Below are positions 26,001 to 38,802 of a stretch of DNA of 64,000 nt, piece by piece. Origin of the DNA: Podospora anserina (lineage: Eukaryota); the NCBI GenBank assembly GCA_017654855.1, contig CM030335.1:3100001-3164000 (forward strand), given 5' to 3'. The first letter of the stretch is position 1. Every line of letters starts with the position of its first letter. The translations under genes and the position numbers were made by a program. The notes beneath the pieces were generated by a model. The model made no database searches and was not told the DNA's origin. It saw only the letters and a program-made list of their open reading frames with translations.

Positions 26001-26114
26001 GGCTCAATGGTCTAGTGGTATGATTCGCGCTTCGGGTTTTCTTTACAAATCCAGAACTTGGGAAACCAGTTCAAGCCTTGTGCGAGGTCTCGGGTTCGAA
26101 TCCCGATTGAGCCC
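26001..26114 (+). tRNA. tRNA-Pro(CGG) with 42-nt intron (26037-26078)
   Basis: Acceptor stem GGCTCAA/TTGAGCC; D arm TGGTCTAGTGGTATGA; anticodon stem CGCGC/GTGCG with loop TT-CGG-G; T loop GGTTCGAATCC; 72 nt after splicing; T tracts downstream. Confidence 0.95.
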
Positions 26115-27332
26115 GTTCCTTTTGTTGTTTTTGGCTGTGGTGGTGCTGTTGGGTTGAGTAAGCACTTTCTTTTTGGCTGGGGTGGGACTTTGGGGAGTTG
26201 GCATGGTGTGAAGGAGGGAGAGGAAGCTGCGGTATGGATTGATGGTTGGTAGGTGATTGTTGGACTACGGGGGTCTTGGTGAGCTTTGTGAGGTTGAGGA
26301 GCTGAGAATGGAGACCTCAAGACACGAGACTCGGGGACTTGGGAGGCTCAACCAGTGAATTATGACGCTGAGATCAGCAGGTCTAAAGATTGGGCAAAGC
26401 CTATCACATTGGATATTCATTCACGGCACGAAACTGAGTTGGCTGGTTGGAATAGTGATTGTAGCCTGCAAGTGTGTTTTCATTGCACAAGTGAACTTGA
26501 ATCTGGCGAGCAAAAAGCATCTTGTGACAGACCTGATGTTAGAATAGGAGACTGAAGTTGGGGTTATGGTTGTGAACGAAATATCCTTTGCGAAGCCATG
26601 ATTCTGTTTCATATCAACTGACTGACGATAGTTCTCGGCGTCTGACTCACACGTGATGATGTTAGTAAGAAGGATGCAATTATGGTTTGCGCAGTCTTGG
26701 TCGTTGTCTTGGTGGGTGAGAGGTGTGTCACATATTCCTCACAGGTGGCCACATTAGGTAACCAACTGGCTCTGTAATGAGGAGAAAGCTAGCCGGTCAA
26801 CTAGGCGAGGCCCGTTTCAATCGAGTACTGAGCCAAAGGTCGAAACCACCTGTATGGGCCTCGTAAAAGACATCTTCATCTTGAGTAAACAAGTGACTTG
26901 ACCGGAGCAACTGGTGGTCACAGTTCACTTCTAGAAAACAAAGTGGGGCTCTTGGACCCAGGGCTTCCCGCATTGCCAGGAGTTGTGACGTCCACAGTTG
27001 CCCACACGACCACCCCCCACTATTGGGGACCGCCACCAGAAAATTGCGAGGAACTGTTCTGACGGGCCGCCTCTTATTAATACCCCTTTTGCCTGTGGTT
27101 GTGTATTATTCATCACTCGACCCTCAAACATCCTGAGAGAATCTTTGCTTTCTCTCACGCAGCACCTACAAATCGAAGTGCCCATTGCTCTTTTTTTCCC
27201 CGGACAGGTTTGGCCGAAGAAAGGAGACATCAAAACTCTGACTCGACCAGAACCCCGCCATCCGTCGAGCGCGACATCACCACCACCAACTTGCGATCAC
27301 CTCCGATTCGAGAAACGAGATATATTTCAGCT

Positions 27333-29145
27333 ATGGCGACCATTAGTGGTAGTCGTGCTGCTTCAGGCGCTGCTCCTGGCGCAGATATTGGATCTTCGCA
27401 TCCTTACACTTGCAATACCTGCCAGGTCGCCTTCCGCAATGGCGATTTGCAGAGGGGTCATATGCGCAGTGACTGGCAGTAAGTTATCTCCCTGTCATAT
27501 CATGTTGGCGCATGGAGTTCACAGGCTTACATTTACTTTCCACAGTCGCTACAACCTGAAGCGCCGTGTCGCCTCGCTGCCCCCCATCTCCTCGGAAATT
27601 TTCACCGAAAAGGTCCTCCAGGCCCGCGCTGCCACCACTGCGCAGGCGGACAAGGCCGGCTTCGAGAGAGCTTGCGAAGTTTGCCAGAAAAATTATTTCA
27701 GCGAGGGCGCATACAAGAACCATCTTACCAGCTCCAAGCACAAGGCCAAGGTCGCTGCTCTGGCGGCTCGCCCACAGGGCAAGATCCCTGACGATGCCAG
27801 CTCCATGACCTTCTCGCTTGGCGAGCCAGCCCCTACAGACTCTGTGGTTGATTCGGACGCGGAGGAGGAGTTTAACGAGGTGGTTGAGGGTATCAAGAAC
27901 ACCCAGCTGCAAGAGAACGAGAACGTCTCCCCACTTAGACGTCCCTCCAACCCTCACTTGTCAGCCGCTGCCCAGCACAAGACTGAGCACCCCGTGTCAG
28001 AGACACCCAGTGAAGAGGAGGAGGAATCCGCTACCCCTTCCTCTGCTACCCCAGTGGTTTCACAACAACAACAAGCTGGTCCTCCCCGGACAATCAATAC
28101 TTGTATTTTCTGCAATCTTGAGTCCGAGAATCCTCAGCTCAACGCCCAGCACATGGAAAAGACCCACGGCATGTTCATCCCGGAGAAGCAATACCTCGTT
28201 GATCTCGAGGGCTTGATAAACTACCTCCAAGAGCGCGTGTATGACCTCAACGAGTGCATCACCTGCTCCAAGATGAGAAACACCACCTACGCCGTCCAGA
28301 CTCACATGCGCGACAAAGCCCACGTCCAAATTCCTTTCACAACCGAAGATGAACAGCTCGAAATTGGTGAATTCTACGACTTCCGCGCCACTTATTCTGA
28401 TGACGAAGAGGGAGAGTGGGAGGATGAGGATGAGGAGATGGAGGATGCTGACACGAACGGTGGTGCCAAACTTGGTGGTCACCGCGCAACCAGGACAGTT
28501 ACAGTCGACGAGAATGGTGATGAGATCATGGAGGATGGGAATGGAGAAGGATGGGAGACGGATTCTGACGAGTCGTCTCTGAATTCTGATGATTTGCACG
28601 CCGTTCCCGCGGAGCTACATCTTCACCAGTATGAGAGGCTGTCAAAGAATCATCACCACTCGTCAAGCACACCAAGGACGCACCAGCAGGCAGATGGGTT
28701 CCATGCTCACAGCAAGAAGAGTCACGCGGTGTTCTATGATGATTATGAGTTACACCTCGGCAGTGGGAAGGCTGTTGGTCACAGATCGCTCAACAAGTAC
28801 TACAGGCAAAATCTGTATAAATACCCCACGCCAGAGGAGAGGGCCGAGAGGTTGTTGCTCAAGGCCAACGAGCAAGGTCAGGGTGTCATGGACGTGGACG
28901 AGGATGGGAATGGACAGACGGTTGTCCCGCTGCGGGATCCCAACCCCAAGGCCAGGGGGAGAGCGGTGGTGGGCAGAGACGTTGCCGGTCTGGGTGTCAG
29001 GTCTGCTGGCGAGCTGGAGAAGCACAGGGCTGTGGTGGTGAAGGGTAAGAAGCAAGAGTGGAAGGACCAGAAGGACAGAGGCATGCTTCAGGCGAGACTG
29101 GGCATCAAGGAGAAGGCGCCTCATCCGGCTACATACTTGCGTTAG
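27333..29145 (+). CDS. REI1: Pre-60S maturation factor Rei1/ZNF622 (intron 27479-27545)
   Basis: YTCNTC...HMRSDWH-RYNLKRRVASLPP, CEVC..HLTSSKH, CIFC..HMEKTHGMFIP, CITC..HMRDKAH, FYDF, GHRSLNKYYRQN. Confidence 0.94.
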
Positions 29146-29589
29146 AGCGCTTGATAGAGGGGGTGTGCCACTTTGTTTGTGCATTGGGGTTTTAGAACTG
29201 AGAAATGGTTACATGTTTGTTGCATGAGTTGGTCTTTTTGGTCTTCACATGATTGGGCATCTGTTGACAATATCTTTGTTGTTTGTGTAAGAGCATGTCT
29301 TCAGCAAGGCTGTCGCTGACGCAGCGCAAGCATTTCGCAAATTTTACCACGGCACTTCGTCGCCTTCCGTTTTAAGAGTTCGGCACTTTTTTTAGCCACT
29401 GTGCCACAACCTATCTTTGGCAGAAGACTTGAATCTCTCTTCAACCTCTTTGAGACCCATCATCACAACTCGCCTACCGTCGCTATGGCCCGTCACACTG
29501 GTGCCGTTGTTTATCATGAATAGGTATCACGCTCTGCGCCGAGAGCTGTAACCACGTCTCATTCTTCCACTGGTTGACCTTTAGTTTGG

Positions 29590-29833
29590 CACCCTTGCCA
29601 CAAAATAATCGAGACACAAAAGTAGGTTAACCCATACTATACCGGGAACTACCTTATACCTTAAAAGTTAATTAATAGGCCTTTAAACCATCTTCTAAGG
29701 CCTATTAACTATCCTTGAAGGTTTATCAACTATCTTGAAGTGCCTATAAACTACCTATCTTTAAAGGCCTATGGACTATCCTTCAAGGCATGTTAGCCTA
29801 CCTTAGTGTCTCAATTATTTTGTGACGAGGGTG
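29590..29833. mobile_element. MITE copy 2 (244 bp)
   Basis: CACCCTTGCCACAAAATAATCGAGACAC... and ...GTGTCTCAATTATTTTGTGACGAGGGTG; 42-bp TIR with 6 mismatches; 5-bp TSD TTTGG at 29585-29589 and 29834-29838. Confidence 0.92.
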
Positions 29834-30159
29834 TTTGGTTCGGTGTTGGGGGATAAGTAATGCAATAAGCAGCGCTATTGGCTTGGTCATTCATTCTGCT
29901 TCCAGTTGAGGGAAGCGATTCTCAGCCAGAGCCTGATCACGCGAGTTTTCAGCTTGGACACCCACCAGTCTGGAAGTTCAAGCGGGGAGTCCTCAGTTTT
30001 CTGCTTCTTTGAAATTCCGTTGGCTCTAACATCACGAGAAGCCGAGGGGTTCATCAGTTCCAGTTTTGTTATCAAATGTCAACATGTCGCGCCAACAAAC
30101 TCAGCCTGTCCCCCAGAGGATCACGCCCCGTCAAAAATATCGAGGGGGAATTCCCCATA

Positions 30160-31037
30160 GCATGATACCTTCCTTAGACGATGGAACATGCCCGGACCAC
30201 GCTCCGGTGGCGTGCAAGAAGAATTGGTCCCGAAGTGTCACTCAATGCTGTCCCTCGGGCGATACCTGCTACAGCACAAATAGCCTTAGCGTCAGATTCA
30301 ACTACTACTGCTGTCCAGGGGGTATGTGTTTAGAATCCTCAAGTCGGGGTAATGGAAAGCTTACCGACCATGTACCTAGAGAGCGACTGCAAAACGCCGT
30401 GGACAGCCTGACAACGTGCGCCAACTCGACTTGGGTTCTCTACAAGGACAGCCCTGGGCCATCGGGTATTTCTGCTGCCCTCCTGAGTATGTCGGCGTGC
30501 ACCGTACCACTGGTGTTGGAGATGGCGGCCTGTGTGAGGACCCTGAAATAGCCGCGTTGCTTCCCCAGTCCCGTATCGCAACTTCCCATTTCTCCTCCGA
30601 GGACTAGAACCACGGGTGGTGCTTCTGGTGCGACAACTTCCACCGCTGGAGGGGGAACTGCGGGAGCTGACACCACTCCAGACAGCACTCCAGGCATCTC
30701 GCGCAGTGGCAGCGACGGCGGCAGTGGCAACAACGAAATGGGATCATCGATATCCCCTGCCGCCATCGCCGACACCGTCATCGGCGGGATAGCTGCTCTC
30801 GGCCTCGGCCTCGCTCTGGTACTGTGGCTTCACCGCAAAAGCCAGCGCGATAGAAAGGCAGCGGCTTTGCCGGAGCCAAGGCCACAGGAACCTCCTGCGT
30901 CTGTTTTTAATCATACATCAACCGCCTTATCTCCCGCGCAGGCTATGATACCCAAGGAAACCGTGCCGCCTGCTACCTCTTCCGGCAATACACCAAACAT
31001 CACCCCTTCTCCTGCCGCGCAGATCACACAGCCCTAG
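30160..31037 (+). pseudogene. Frameshifted single-pass membrane protein (Cys-rich ectodomain, S/T/G linker, TM, basic stop-transfer)
   Basis: Coherent pieces lie in different frames: TQCCPSGDTC..YCCPG / TTCANSTWVLY / GYFCCPPEYVG..GLC / AAIADTVIGGIAALGLGLALVLWLHRK. Intron-like segment at ~30322-30378; no clear signal peptide. Confidence 0.65.
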
Positions 31038-31441
31038 CATGAGCTGATCAACATATGAAGGAGGTTTGTTTTGTTTTACTGACCAAGTGGGAGTGTAAAT
31101 GCGGGCTTCTCAGGGCTAGGTTCAAGGTTGCTGATGAGATGTCGGCTACGAACTGCGATACCCAAATGATCACACGTACTTAGACGGAGGCTAAGAGAGC
31201 CTTGGATACATTTTGCAGCAAGTTCAAATCACACCGACATCACCGCGTGGCTTTTCCTTACTGCAGTTTCAACCCGGAGCTGTATGTATAGCTATTCTTT
31301 TGTGCATAACTTCAGAGATATCCCGCCATCAATTAACTCAACAAACACCGCGATAACGCCCTCACGCTGTTTCTGCAACTATACCAAACGATTCATCAGC
31401 AAGAACGCTTCCATGTCCGTACAAATAGCCAGCCCTCCATG

Positions 31442-33040
31442 TTACTCCCCAGGTGCGATTGATCCGGAAGTCCCGGGCCTACTACTACCCAGCCTCTTCG
31501 ACAACTTCCCTCCCTTGGTATTAAACAAGCTTTTCACCCGCCTCAACCGGCTCATGACATCCTGGTCTTTCTTCTTTCTCGCCTCCTCATCCTCTTCCTG
31601 CACATCCCGGTCATCCTCCCCATCTGCCATCGGTGTGCCACCCGCAGTCGTCGGCCGTGGTCTCTCAGGTGTTTTTGACGTCCCAACAGCAGCAGCACTG
31701 CTCTTACTCCTCCCATGATGCCCTCCAGCCGTTCCCTCCACCCTTTCTCGGATAAAACTCTCATTCTTCAGGACCTCCAAAAGCACTTCCCAAGCTGGCT
31801 TCTCCTTGCTTCCTTTTGGTAGTAACTTGGCCCCTGGATTCCGTTGCACCTCGCCGTTCTTCCAAGGGCAAAAGAACCTGTGCTCTCTTACCGGATCTAA
31901 ATGATCCATTGGTGCCGGCTCCAATATCTCGTTCGTTTCAGGGTTGATCTGCCGCGACTTGAACATCCACAGCCCCAACCTCCGCAAACAAGTATGGCAA
32001 CTCGCACTGTTAGGAATCGGCGCGTTACCCAACCGTGGGTTCGTCAACCCCTGCCAGCCCATCAGCGCCAGCGCCAACGCCGGCCTATTCACCTCCCCCT
32101 CCCTCCGCTGTTCCCCTTCTGCCGCTGGTGCCGGTTCCGTAAAAAACGTCCTTGGTAAATATCCAACCACCACCTCCAAATCCAACCCCTCCGGCAGTCT
32201 CAAGTTGAACTCGTACGGCAAAAAGTCCTTCCTCTGACACAACTCATCATACCTTTCCCGCAAAGCCGTCAACGCCCACTTCGAGTTCGGCAACGGCAGC
32301 CTCAGCAGCGAATCGTCACACCCCGTTCCCCTCCACAAACACCCCTGCCCGTGCCCATCCCCCTGCATCAAACTCTCATACCTCTTCACAACCTCCGCCT
32401 CCATCTCCCTCCCCACCTCCCCTTCGACGTCCCTCCCCCTCCCAATCTTGACCGTCACCTCCCTCTCACAGAGCGTACACTTCACCCTCTCCTTGCCGAG
32501 ACAAACCCACCCCCTCTTCGCCCACTCAATCTCTGATATCCGCTCCGGTTTTGGGGTCCAATCCGTCAGCTCCTGAAACGTGGCCAGTCTCCTGAGTAAC
32601 TCCCCTCTGTCGGCGGGGCAGTATTTAGGCGGTTGTTTCTTTTCTCTAGTTGTGTCCCCTTTTGCTGAGGCCCCTCCTCGTGGAGCTGGGCTGAATTTCC
32701 TGAGCATGACGTTTGATATCATTGTTGGCCCTCCATTATTACTACTGCTCAAACGAATCGAACTTCCCGGGCTGGAATTCAGGATTGTCGAGCGCTGGGG
32801 TTGCGGTGTCGCGAATCGGGATGGGGGTGTGGGAGTTGACCCGCCGTTGACGCGTCGCTTTTTGGAGAGGATGTCTTCTGCTGTCATTGTTCGGGATAGT
32901 GACAGGCCGGGTGTTGAAAGAGGGGAATCAGGGTTGTTGTGATTGCTGTTGGTGTTGTCGGTGGGAGTGGAGGAAGGGGAGGAGGTGTTTCCTATGCCTT
33001 GGACTAGGGCGTTGAACTTGCGTTTGACTGTTGCGTTCAT
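31442..33040 (-). CDS. C3HC zinc finger / Rsm1-like (NIPA/Pml39 family) nuclear protein
   Basis: YCPADRGELLRRLATF, WAKRGWVC..RVKCTLC..HGQGCLW, second module CHTCLRRLGLW..EHRFFCPW; start MNATVKRKF. Confidence 0.85.
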   Translation of the reverse strand: MNATVKRKFNALVQGIGNTSSPSSTPTDNTNSNHNNPDSPLSTPGLSLSRTMTAEDILSKKRRVNGGSTPTPPSRFATPQPQRSTILNSSPGSSIRLSSSNNGGPTMISNVMLRKFSPAPRGGASAKGDTTREKKQPPKYCPADRGELLRRLATFQELTDWTPKPERISEIEWAKRGWVCLGKERVKCTLCEREVTVKIGRGRDVEGEVGREMEAEVVKRYESLMQGDGHGQGCLWRGTGCDDSLLRLPLPNSKWALTALRERYDELCQRKDFLPYEFNLRLPEGLDLEVVVGYLPRTFFTEPAPAAEGEQRREGEVNRPALALALMGWQGLTNPRLGNAPIPNSASCHTCLRRLGLWMFKSRQINPETNEILEPAPMDHLDPVREHRFFCPWKNGEVQRNPGAKLLPKGSKEKPAWEVLLEVLKNESFIRERVEGTAGGHHGRSKSSAAAVGTSKTPERPRPTTAGGTPMADGEDDRDVQEEDEEARKKKDQDVMSRLRRVKSLFNTKGGKLSKRLGSSRPGTSGSIAPGE

Positions 33041-34086
33041 GTTGAATGGAGGGGAATGGCTGGGCGCGTAGATTTTCCGGGAGTGGTGGGCAAAAAGTTG
33101 GTGTGGTAACCTGCAAAGTCGCGCGCGCCGCGGTGCTTCCCCACGCTTCGATTTGGTAGGTCCGGTGGGCTTCTGTCGCGGGCTGAAAAGTGATGAGCGC
33201 TGAGCTTCGGCAGTGTGAAATTGATAGCGGCGCAGGGTAACCTTGTTTCTAGGGCGACTGTTCAACCCCCACCACAGGCGTTAGGAAGATAAGATGGTGA
33301 TGGTGGTAGGATGGGAAAGACGGATGCAACGAGAAGAATCAAAAGTTGTCGAGCTCTGGGAAGAATCGAAATCAGATGGCCAGGGTCTCGTGTTTAGTTG
33401 CTGTTTGCAGTGTCAAAATAGCGGTTGAAGTCTGCAAGCACTTCCAGCAAACCTTGAACCCATGGATTCGGAACTCTAGCAGATTGAGCTAACCCCACCC
33501 GACCTGATCTTTGCAGCTTTCAACCTTGCAGCGACAACGCTCCAAACACAACGTTCAAATGAGTCCCAGATTGGAACTCTCTCGAAGCTCTCTGATGGTG
33601 GCAAGCAAGTCTGGCGTTTGCCGAGTCAGGCGTACTCTCACAGGTGCTGTTACTCAAACCGTGCGGTTGTTGCCAAGGCTCCAGGCTTGGCTTAGAGGTG
33701 GGACCGCTGCACGGGTTCCAGATTGCCAAGGCCGCATAGCGTAACGCTGCGAGCGAGCTGAGCGAGGGTCCAGTGCGAATGCCGCACCGCAGTCGCTGAC
33801 CGAGAGCCATTCACCATCCTCAACCCTCTAACGTCTTCTGTTTCCAGCATTCAAACTAGCTACCTGTTCACGTTGCTCAGAGAACATCCGCTGCCAAACT
33901 GATCGCTCAGGACTTGAGCCAACCCTTGCACCTCCTGCCGTGTCCCATCATCGCCTGTGTCTCGCCCTCCCCGCTGTCGCTTTGCCCACCGCACCACAAG
34001 CAGCCAGCCCTCTGCATCCTCCATCCCGATATCAACCCGACGTCCACTTCCTACCACCCAACTCTACAACCATCGATTTCCATGTC

Positions 34087-37000
34087 ATGACTCGAGATAC
34101 CATGCGGCCAGCGGCCGGAAGCAGCCACAGCTACAGCAGCACCGATGACCTCGACGTCTTGGCAGGGCTCTGGGAGGAGGCCCCCTTCGCGAGACTACCA
34201 TGCGATGCGCCCAGCGAGCTGAAGGACCTGGTGGAGGACATCGACAACCCGAAGCGTGTCTATGCCGTCCACAAAGCGAGTCGAAGACACAACTTTCAGC
34301 AAATAGTTCAGAGGTATGTCATGATAGGGTAATGGACCTAGATGTCTTGGCTGACGATTGTTGCTGCCCAGGTATATCGTCCAGCTCCGCGAAGGTTGCG
34401 GCGCCGAACATTGCGTAACGCCGACTTGCTTCACCTGCCGGAAGAGAGCCGCTGGCCAGGCCCCGATCAAACGATACAACACAACGAGCGCGAGAACGCT
34501 GGCTACTTACCTCGCTAGCCAAGATAACCCTGAGAATGGCCTGTGTCCCAACCTGCGAACCCCAAAGGCCCCGCCGGCTGCGCTCAACTCGCTCCTGTTT
34601 GTGCCCAAGCAGCGGTTGCACACCGATCGTGTTACGGGAACGTCTCCGAAACCACAGCTCAACAATTCTCGCCCGGTGTCATCACGGACGAATGGATATA
34701 ACGGCAGGCCATCAACGGGAGATGCGAGGGAAAAAGGCAGGTCACTGAATATTGCGAAAGATGTGGAAAGTCCAAAACAAAAATGGCAACCTGGGTTTGA
34801 GGTGGTGGAGGAGCCAGTGAGCAAAGACCACCGATCATTTGCGGCCAACGTCTTTGGTACTGTGGCTTTCAAGATGTTGGAGTGGCTCACGCCGGCTGCG
34901 CTAGAGGACATGACGCAAAGGACAAAAGCTTTCCAGGAGGAGTCGGCTCCAGACCGGCGTGATGCCGAAGCAGTAAAAGCAGAGGCTAACCGGGATAACG
35001 GGGGGAAGCCACGGACCAGGGAGTCGTGGGTCCAGCCCAACGGTGCGTCGGCTAACAGTCGACTGCTACCAAAGGGCAGACAACTTGGGAAAGACTCAGA
35101 TTCAAAAGATGATCGCCACTCTCGCGACCCGCCGGCCGTTTCTCGCTCTACACACCCCCGCCGCAACTCCAACGCCAAGTTGAGGACATCAAATCCTCCT
35201 GTGCCTAAGCGGCAGCTTTCCATTGACCCTTACACACAAGACTCTTTGGTCGATGACCCCTACCCTGGGCTACTCAGATCGCCACGCGGAAACTCTGGTA
35301 GCACAGATAGGGGGCCAAGGGGGCCGAAGCCAACAGGGTCGGCACTCTCCAGACCAATATCGCAGCTCTCATCGGCTGGCTACTTTGACCATGTTGCTTT
35401 GGAGAAGATGCCGCCGCCGAAAACCCTTGATTTGAAGAACTATCTTGGGCGAAGTCAGCTAGACGGGACGAGGACTTCTGATTCAAGTGGTCCAAAGCAG
35501 CTAGGCGTTCCCTCAGGGTGGTCCTCTGACAGATCGTGCAGCAGCGGATCCGGAGAGATGGTTCACCCAGAGCCAGAGTCTGGCGACGAAAGCGTTCTTC
35601 CGCAGGCACTATCGACGCTACATGCCGACGTTGTCGACTTCATCTGCGATGTCCTGCAAGACGATGGAACAGCAGAGGAACACATGCTTGAGCCGCCATC
35701 AGTCACCAAGTTTCACAACGGACACCCCGGCCGGGGCAAGATGCTCAAGCGCAAGAAGCTTGCCTCTGGGTGCCCAAACTTCAAACTAGAGTGGAAGTTG
35801 TTCATTGAACAGACTCTCTTCAACGTCCTCAGCGATCCACAACTCGCTGTTCAATCGTTCTCGAAACAAGGACAACTCTATGATTCTCACACACTATGGT
35901 ACTGCATGCTCAGGATGACCCGGGTTGCCCCAAGCCTGGTTTTCCACAGTCTCTGGATGGCGGCGGGAAGCCTATTTGCGCCTCCAGAGTCGCTATTAGC
36001 GCCCCGATCCCCGACGGCGAAGCTATTCAGGGACAAGGAATCTCTTTCAAACACACAGGCGGGTCGTCTCATGTCGATATGCCTCCACGCTTTGATTGCC
36101 GCTGCGCCACTCATAACACCGGATCCATCTGACCCAGAAAAGGCTACCCAACGGCTGTATGATATGTCGAGAATCCGGTCGCACGGTCTGAGCCTCACTC
36201 GTAGCGGTGCCATTGCCGACCAGCCCACGGAGCTGTGTCTTCAGTACGAGGACGCCTTCACGGACGACTTGGCCCTGAGGCTGGCTCGACGGCTGTTTAC
36301 CGCCATCAACACCAGGAGATATTTTGATGCCCTGTGCGAATCCAATGGAGACCTAGACGGTGATGACTCGCAGCCAGAGCCTGATGTGCTGGCGCCTCTC
36401 TTCTCTCAACTAAACTTTCTTCATGCCGGTGCGGTGTATTACGTCTTGGACTTTTCTTTCAATGAGCGGGCTCTGCATGAGACCCGTGTTCCGATCCTTT
36501 TGCTGGACTGGGCGAGGGCTGTCATGCTTAGCGACTGGAGTGGCTCCCCTGTGATCAAGGGGGATGGACCTTTTGGTGGCGCACTGGCGTTGATGCAGGC
36601 TATATGTGAGCACCTCTATTGTGAAGATTGACCTGGTCAAATGCTGACAGACCTGTAGACAACAAACGTCATGAGCTCTTGCTGGGCGATGCTCAGTTCC
36701 GCTCCGAGTACTTTGCCGAGAGGCTCGACACAGTCCAGATGCCCATCGCGTGGTTATCACACGTGTCAACAAGACAAAAGATCCACCTTCTCGACTATCC
36801 GTTTCTGTTCAACCCTTCTACTCTGGTTACCTATTTCCGGTCCATCAACTTTTCGCGCATGAGCAGGTCGTACGAGGAGTCGACATCGTTACAGGACAGG
36901 ATTGACGTGATTGCTTCACGCTCCAGCTTGACGCGGCATCACAAGGAGGTGCTGACGGAGCGGTTGCGTGCGGCGGCTACAAAGTACTTGGTTCTCGATA

Positions 37001-38217
37001 TCCGTAGGGAAGCTGTTATCGAGGACGCGTTTAACCAGTTGTGGAGGAGGGAGGAGAGGGAGTTGTTGAGGCCGCTCAAGGTCCGTCTTGGGGAGTCTAC
37101 GGGAGAGGAAGGGTTTGATTTGGGTGGTGTTCAGCAGGAGTTTTTCCGCTTGGCGCTGGCTGAGGCGCTGAACCCGGATTATGGTGCGTTTACGGTCGAT
37201 GAGAGAAGTCGGATGGCGTGGTTTGTGCCTGGGTCGCTGGAGGACGAGTGGAAGTTTGAGCTGATTGGGCTGCTTGTTTCTCTTGCGGTCTACAACGGGT
37301 TGACGTTGCCGGTGACGTTTCCAAAGGCTCTCTACCGCAAGCTACTTGGCAAGCCGGTAGACAAGCTCCGCCATATCGCCGACGGCTGGCCAGATATTGC
37401 AAGCTCGCTTACGGAAGTTGAGCAGTGGGATGACAATGGCTCGAAAGGAAAGCTCGAAGACCTTTGCATCACGTACGACTTTTCCACGTCGGCCTTTGGC
37501 CACCACGTCATCAGGGAGATGCGGCCGTCTGCTTCGGGGGGTGACGAAGAAGGCGGTGATTGGGACACCCACACCCCCTCGGAGGAGGAGTGGCCTCAGT
37601 TTTCCAAAACTGCCTCCCACGCCTCGTGGAATCCGGCTCCCCATGAGTACAACCCGGAAGAAGAGTCCAAGCCAGTCACTATCCACAACAGGGACGAGTA
37701 CATTGCTGATTACATTCGCTACCTGACTACGGTCTCTGTCCGCCCTCAGTTCGAAGCTTTCGCCCGTGGGTTCCGCACTTGCCTCCAGCCTAAATCCTTA
37801 TCCCTCCTCACACCCTCGCTCCTTCAGTCACTCGTCGAGGGTGTGCAGGAAATTGACATCTCTGAATTAAAACGCTACGCGAAATACACTGGTTATGATG
37901 AACACCACCGGACAATCAAAGATTTTTGGTCGATTGTGAAGAGGTATGACGAGGACATGAAGAGAAAGTTGCTCGAATTTGTGACGGCGAGCGATCGGGT
38001 TCCTGTCGGGGGGATGAAGTATGTGGTGTTTAATATTCAGAAGAACGGGGTGGAGAATGATGAGCTGGGACCGGGGGGGACGGGGAACAGGGGGAGGTTG
38101 CCGACGAGCTATACTTGTTATAGCACGTTGCTGTTGCCCGAGTATAAGGATAAGGAGACGTTGAGGGAGAGGTTGGGGATGGCGTTGGAGAATGCGAGGG
38201 GGTTTGGGTTTGCGTAG
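34087..38217 (+). CDS. HECT E3 ubiquitin ligase with N-terminal AZUL-like Zn finger (introns 34314-34371, 36606-36658)
   Basis: YIVQLREGCGAEHCVTPTCFTC; GEEGFDLGGVQQEFF; FWSIV; LLEFVTASDRVP; catalytic LPTSYTCYSTLLLP; ends GFGFA. Confidence 0.92.
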
Positions 38218-38802
38218 GGTCATGATTAGCGCGGGGGAAGGAGATGTTAAAAGTGGTGGTATTTTTAGCCAATTCTTGGATGGTTGTTTATTCAATGATG
38301 TATCTGTGACTGCCAGATGCTGTTACTATCACCGGTGTCGAAAAGCCTATTTCGAATGTTGCGGGAGCCTGAGGAGGAAGGAGAAAAACTAGCTGAACAG
38401 GGTGCTCTCAGGAGGTGAGTTCAAGGGCCACCGTTGAGAAACACCTTGGGGTCCCTGGCCTTCTTTCCTGCGCTGGTGTAATGGGGTGATGTTGGGGTTA
38501 GTGTTTATTTTCTGATTGACGTGCGAGGCGTGAAGTCAAATGGGATACGAGGCAGCGACGGAGAGACAGAGATTGCGATAACGTAGGTTTCAATCGATTA
38601 AACTTTTAGGCACCGCCTATCACGTTGTTAGCGGTTGCCACACAGAGAGCATCACGCGGGCCCTTAAAGCTCGCTCCATCCCAAACTTTCCGCTGTTAAA
38701 TATCCTCCTGCGTGGCTGCGAAGTGGGCTGCGAACTCGGCTGCGATTTTCAACTTTTCACTCTCCCACATCTTATCTCAAACAGCAAGCTCGACGGTTCA
38801 AC

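Noticed and set aside
26998-27545. N-terminal extension of REI1 in the ORF track
   Set aside because: Non-ATG start. The conserved first zinc finger lies in another frame (ATG 27333) and joins through the 27479-27545 intron.
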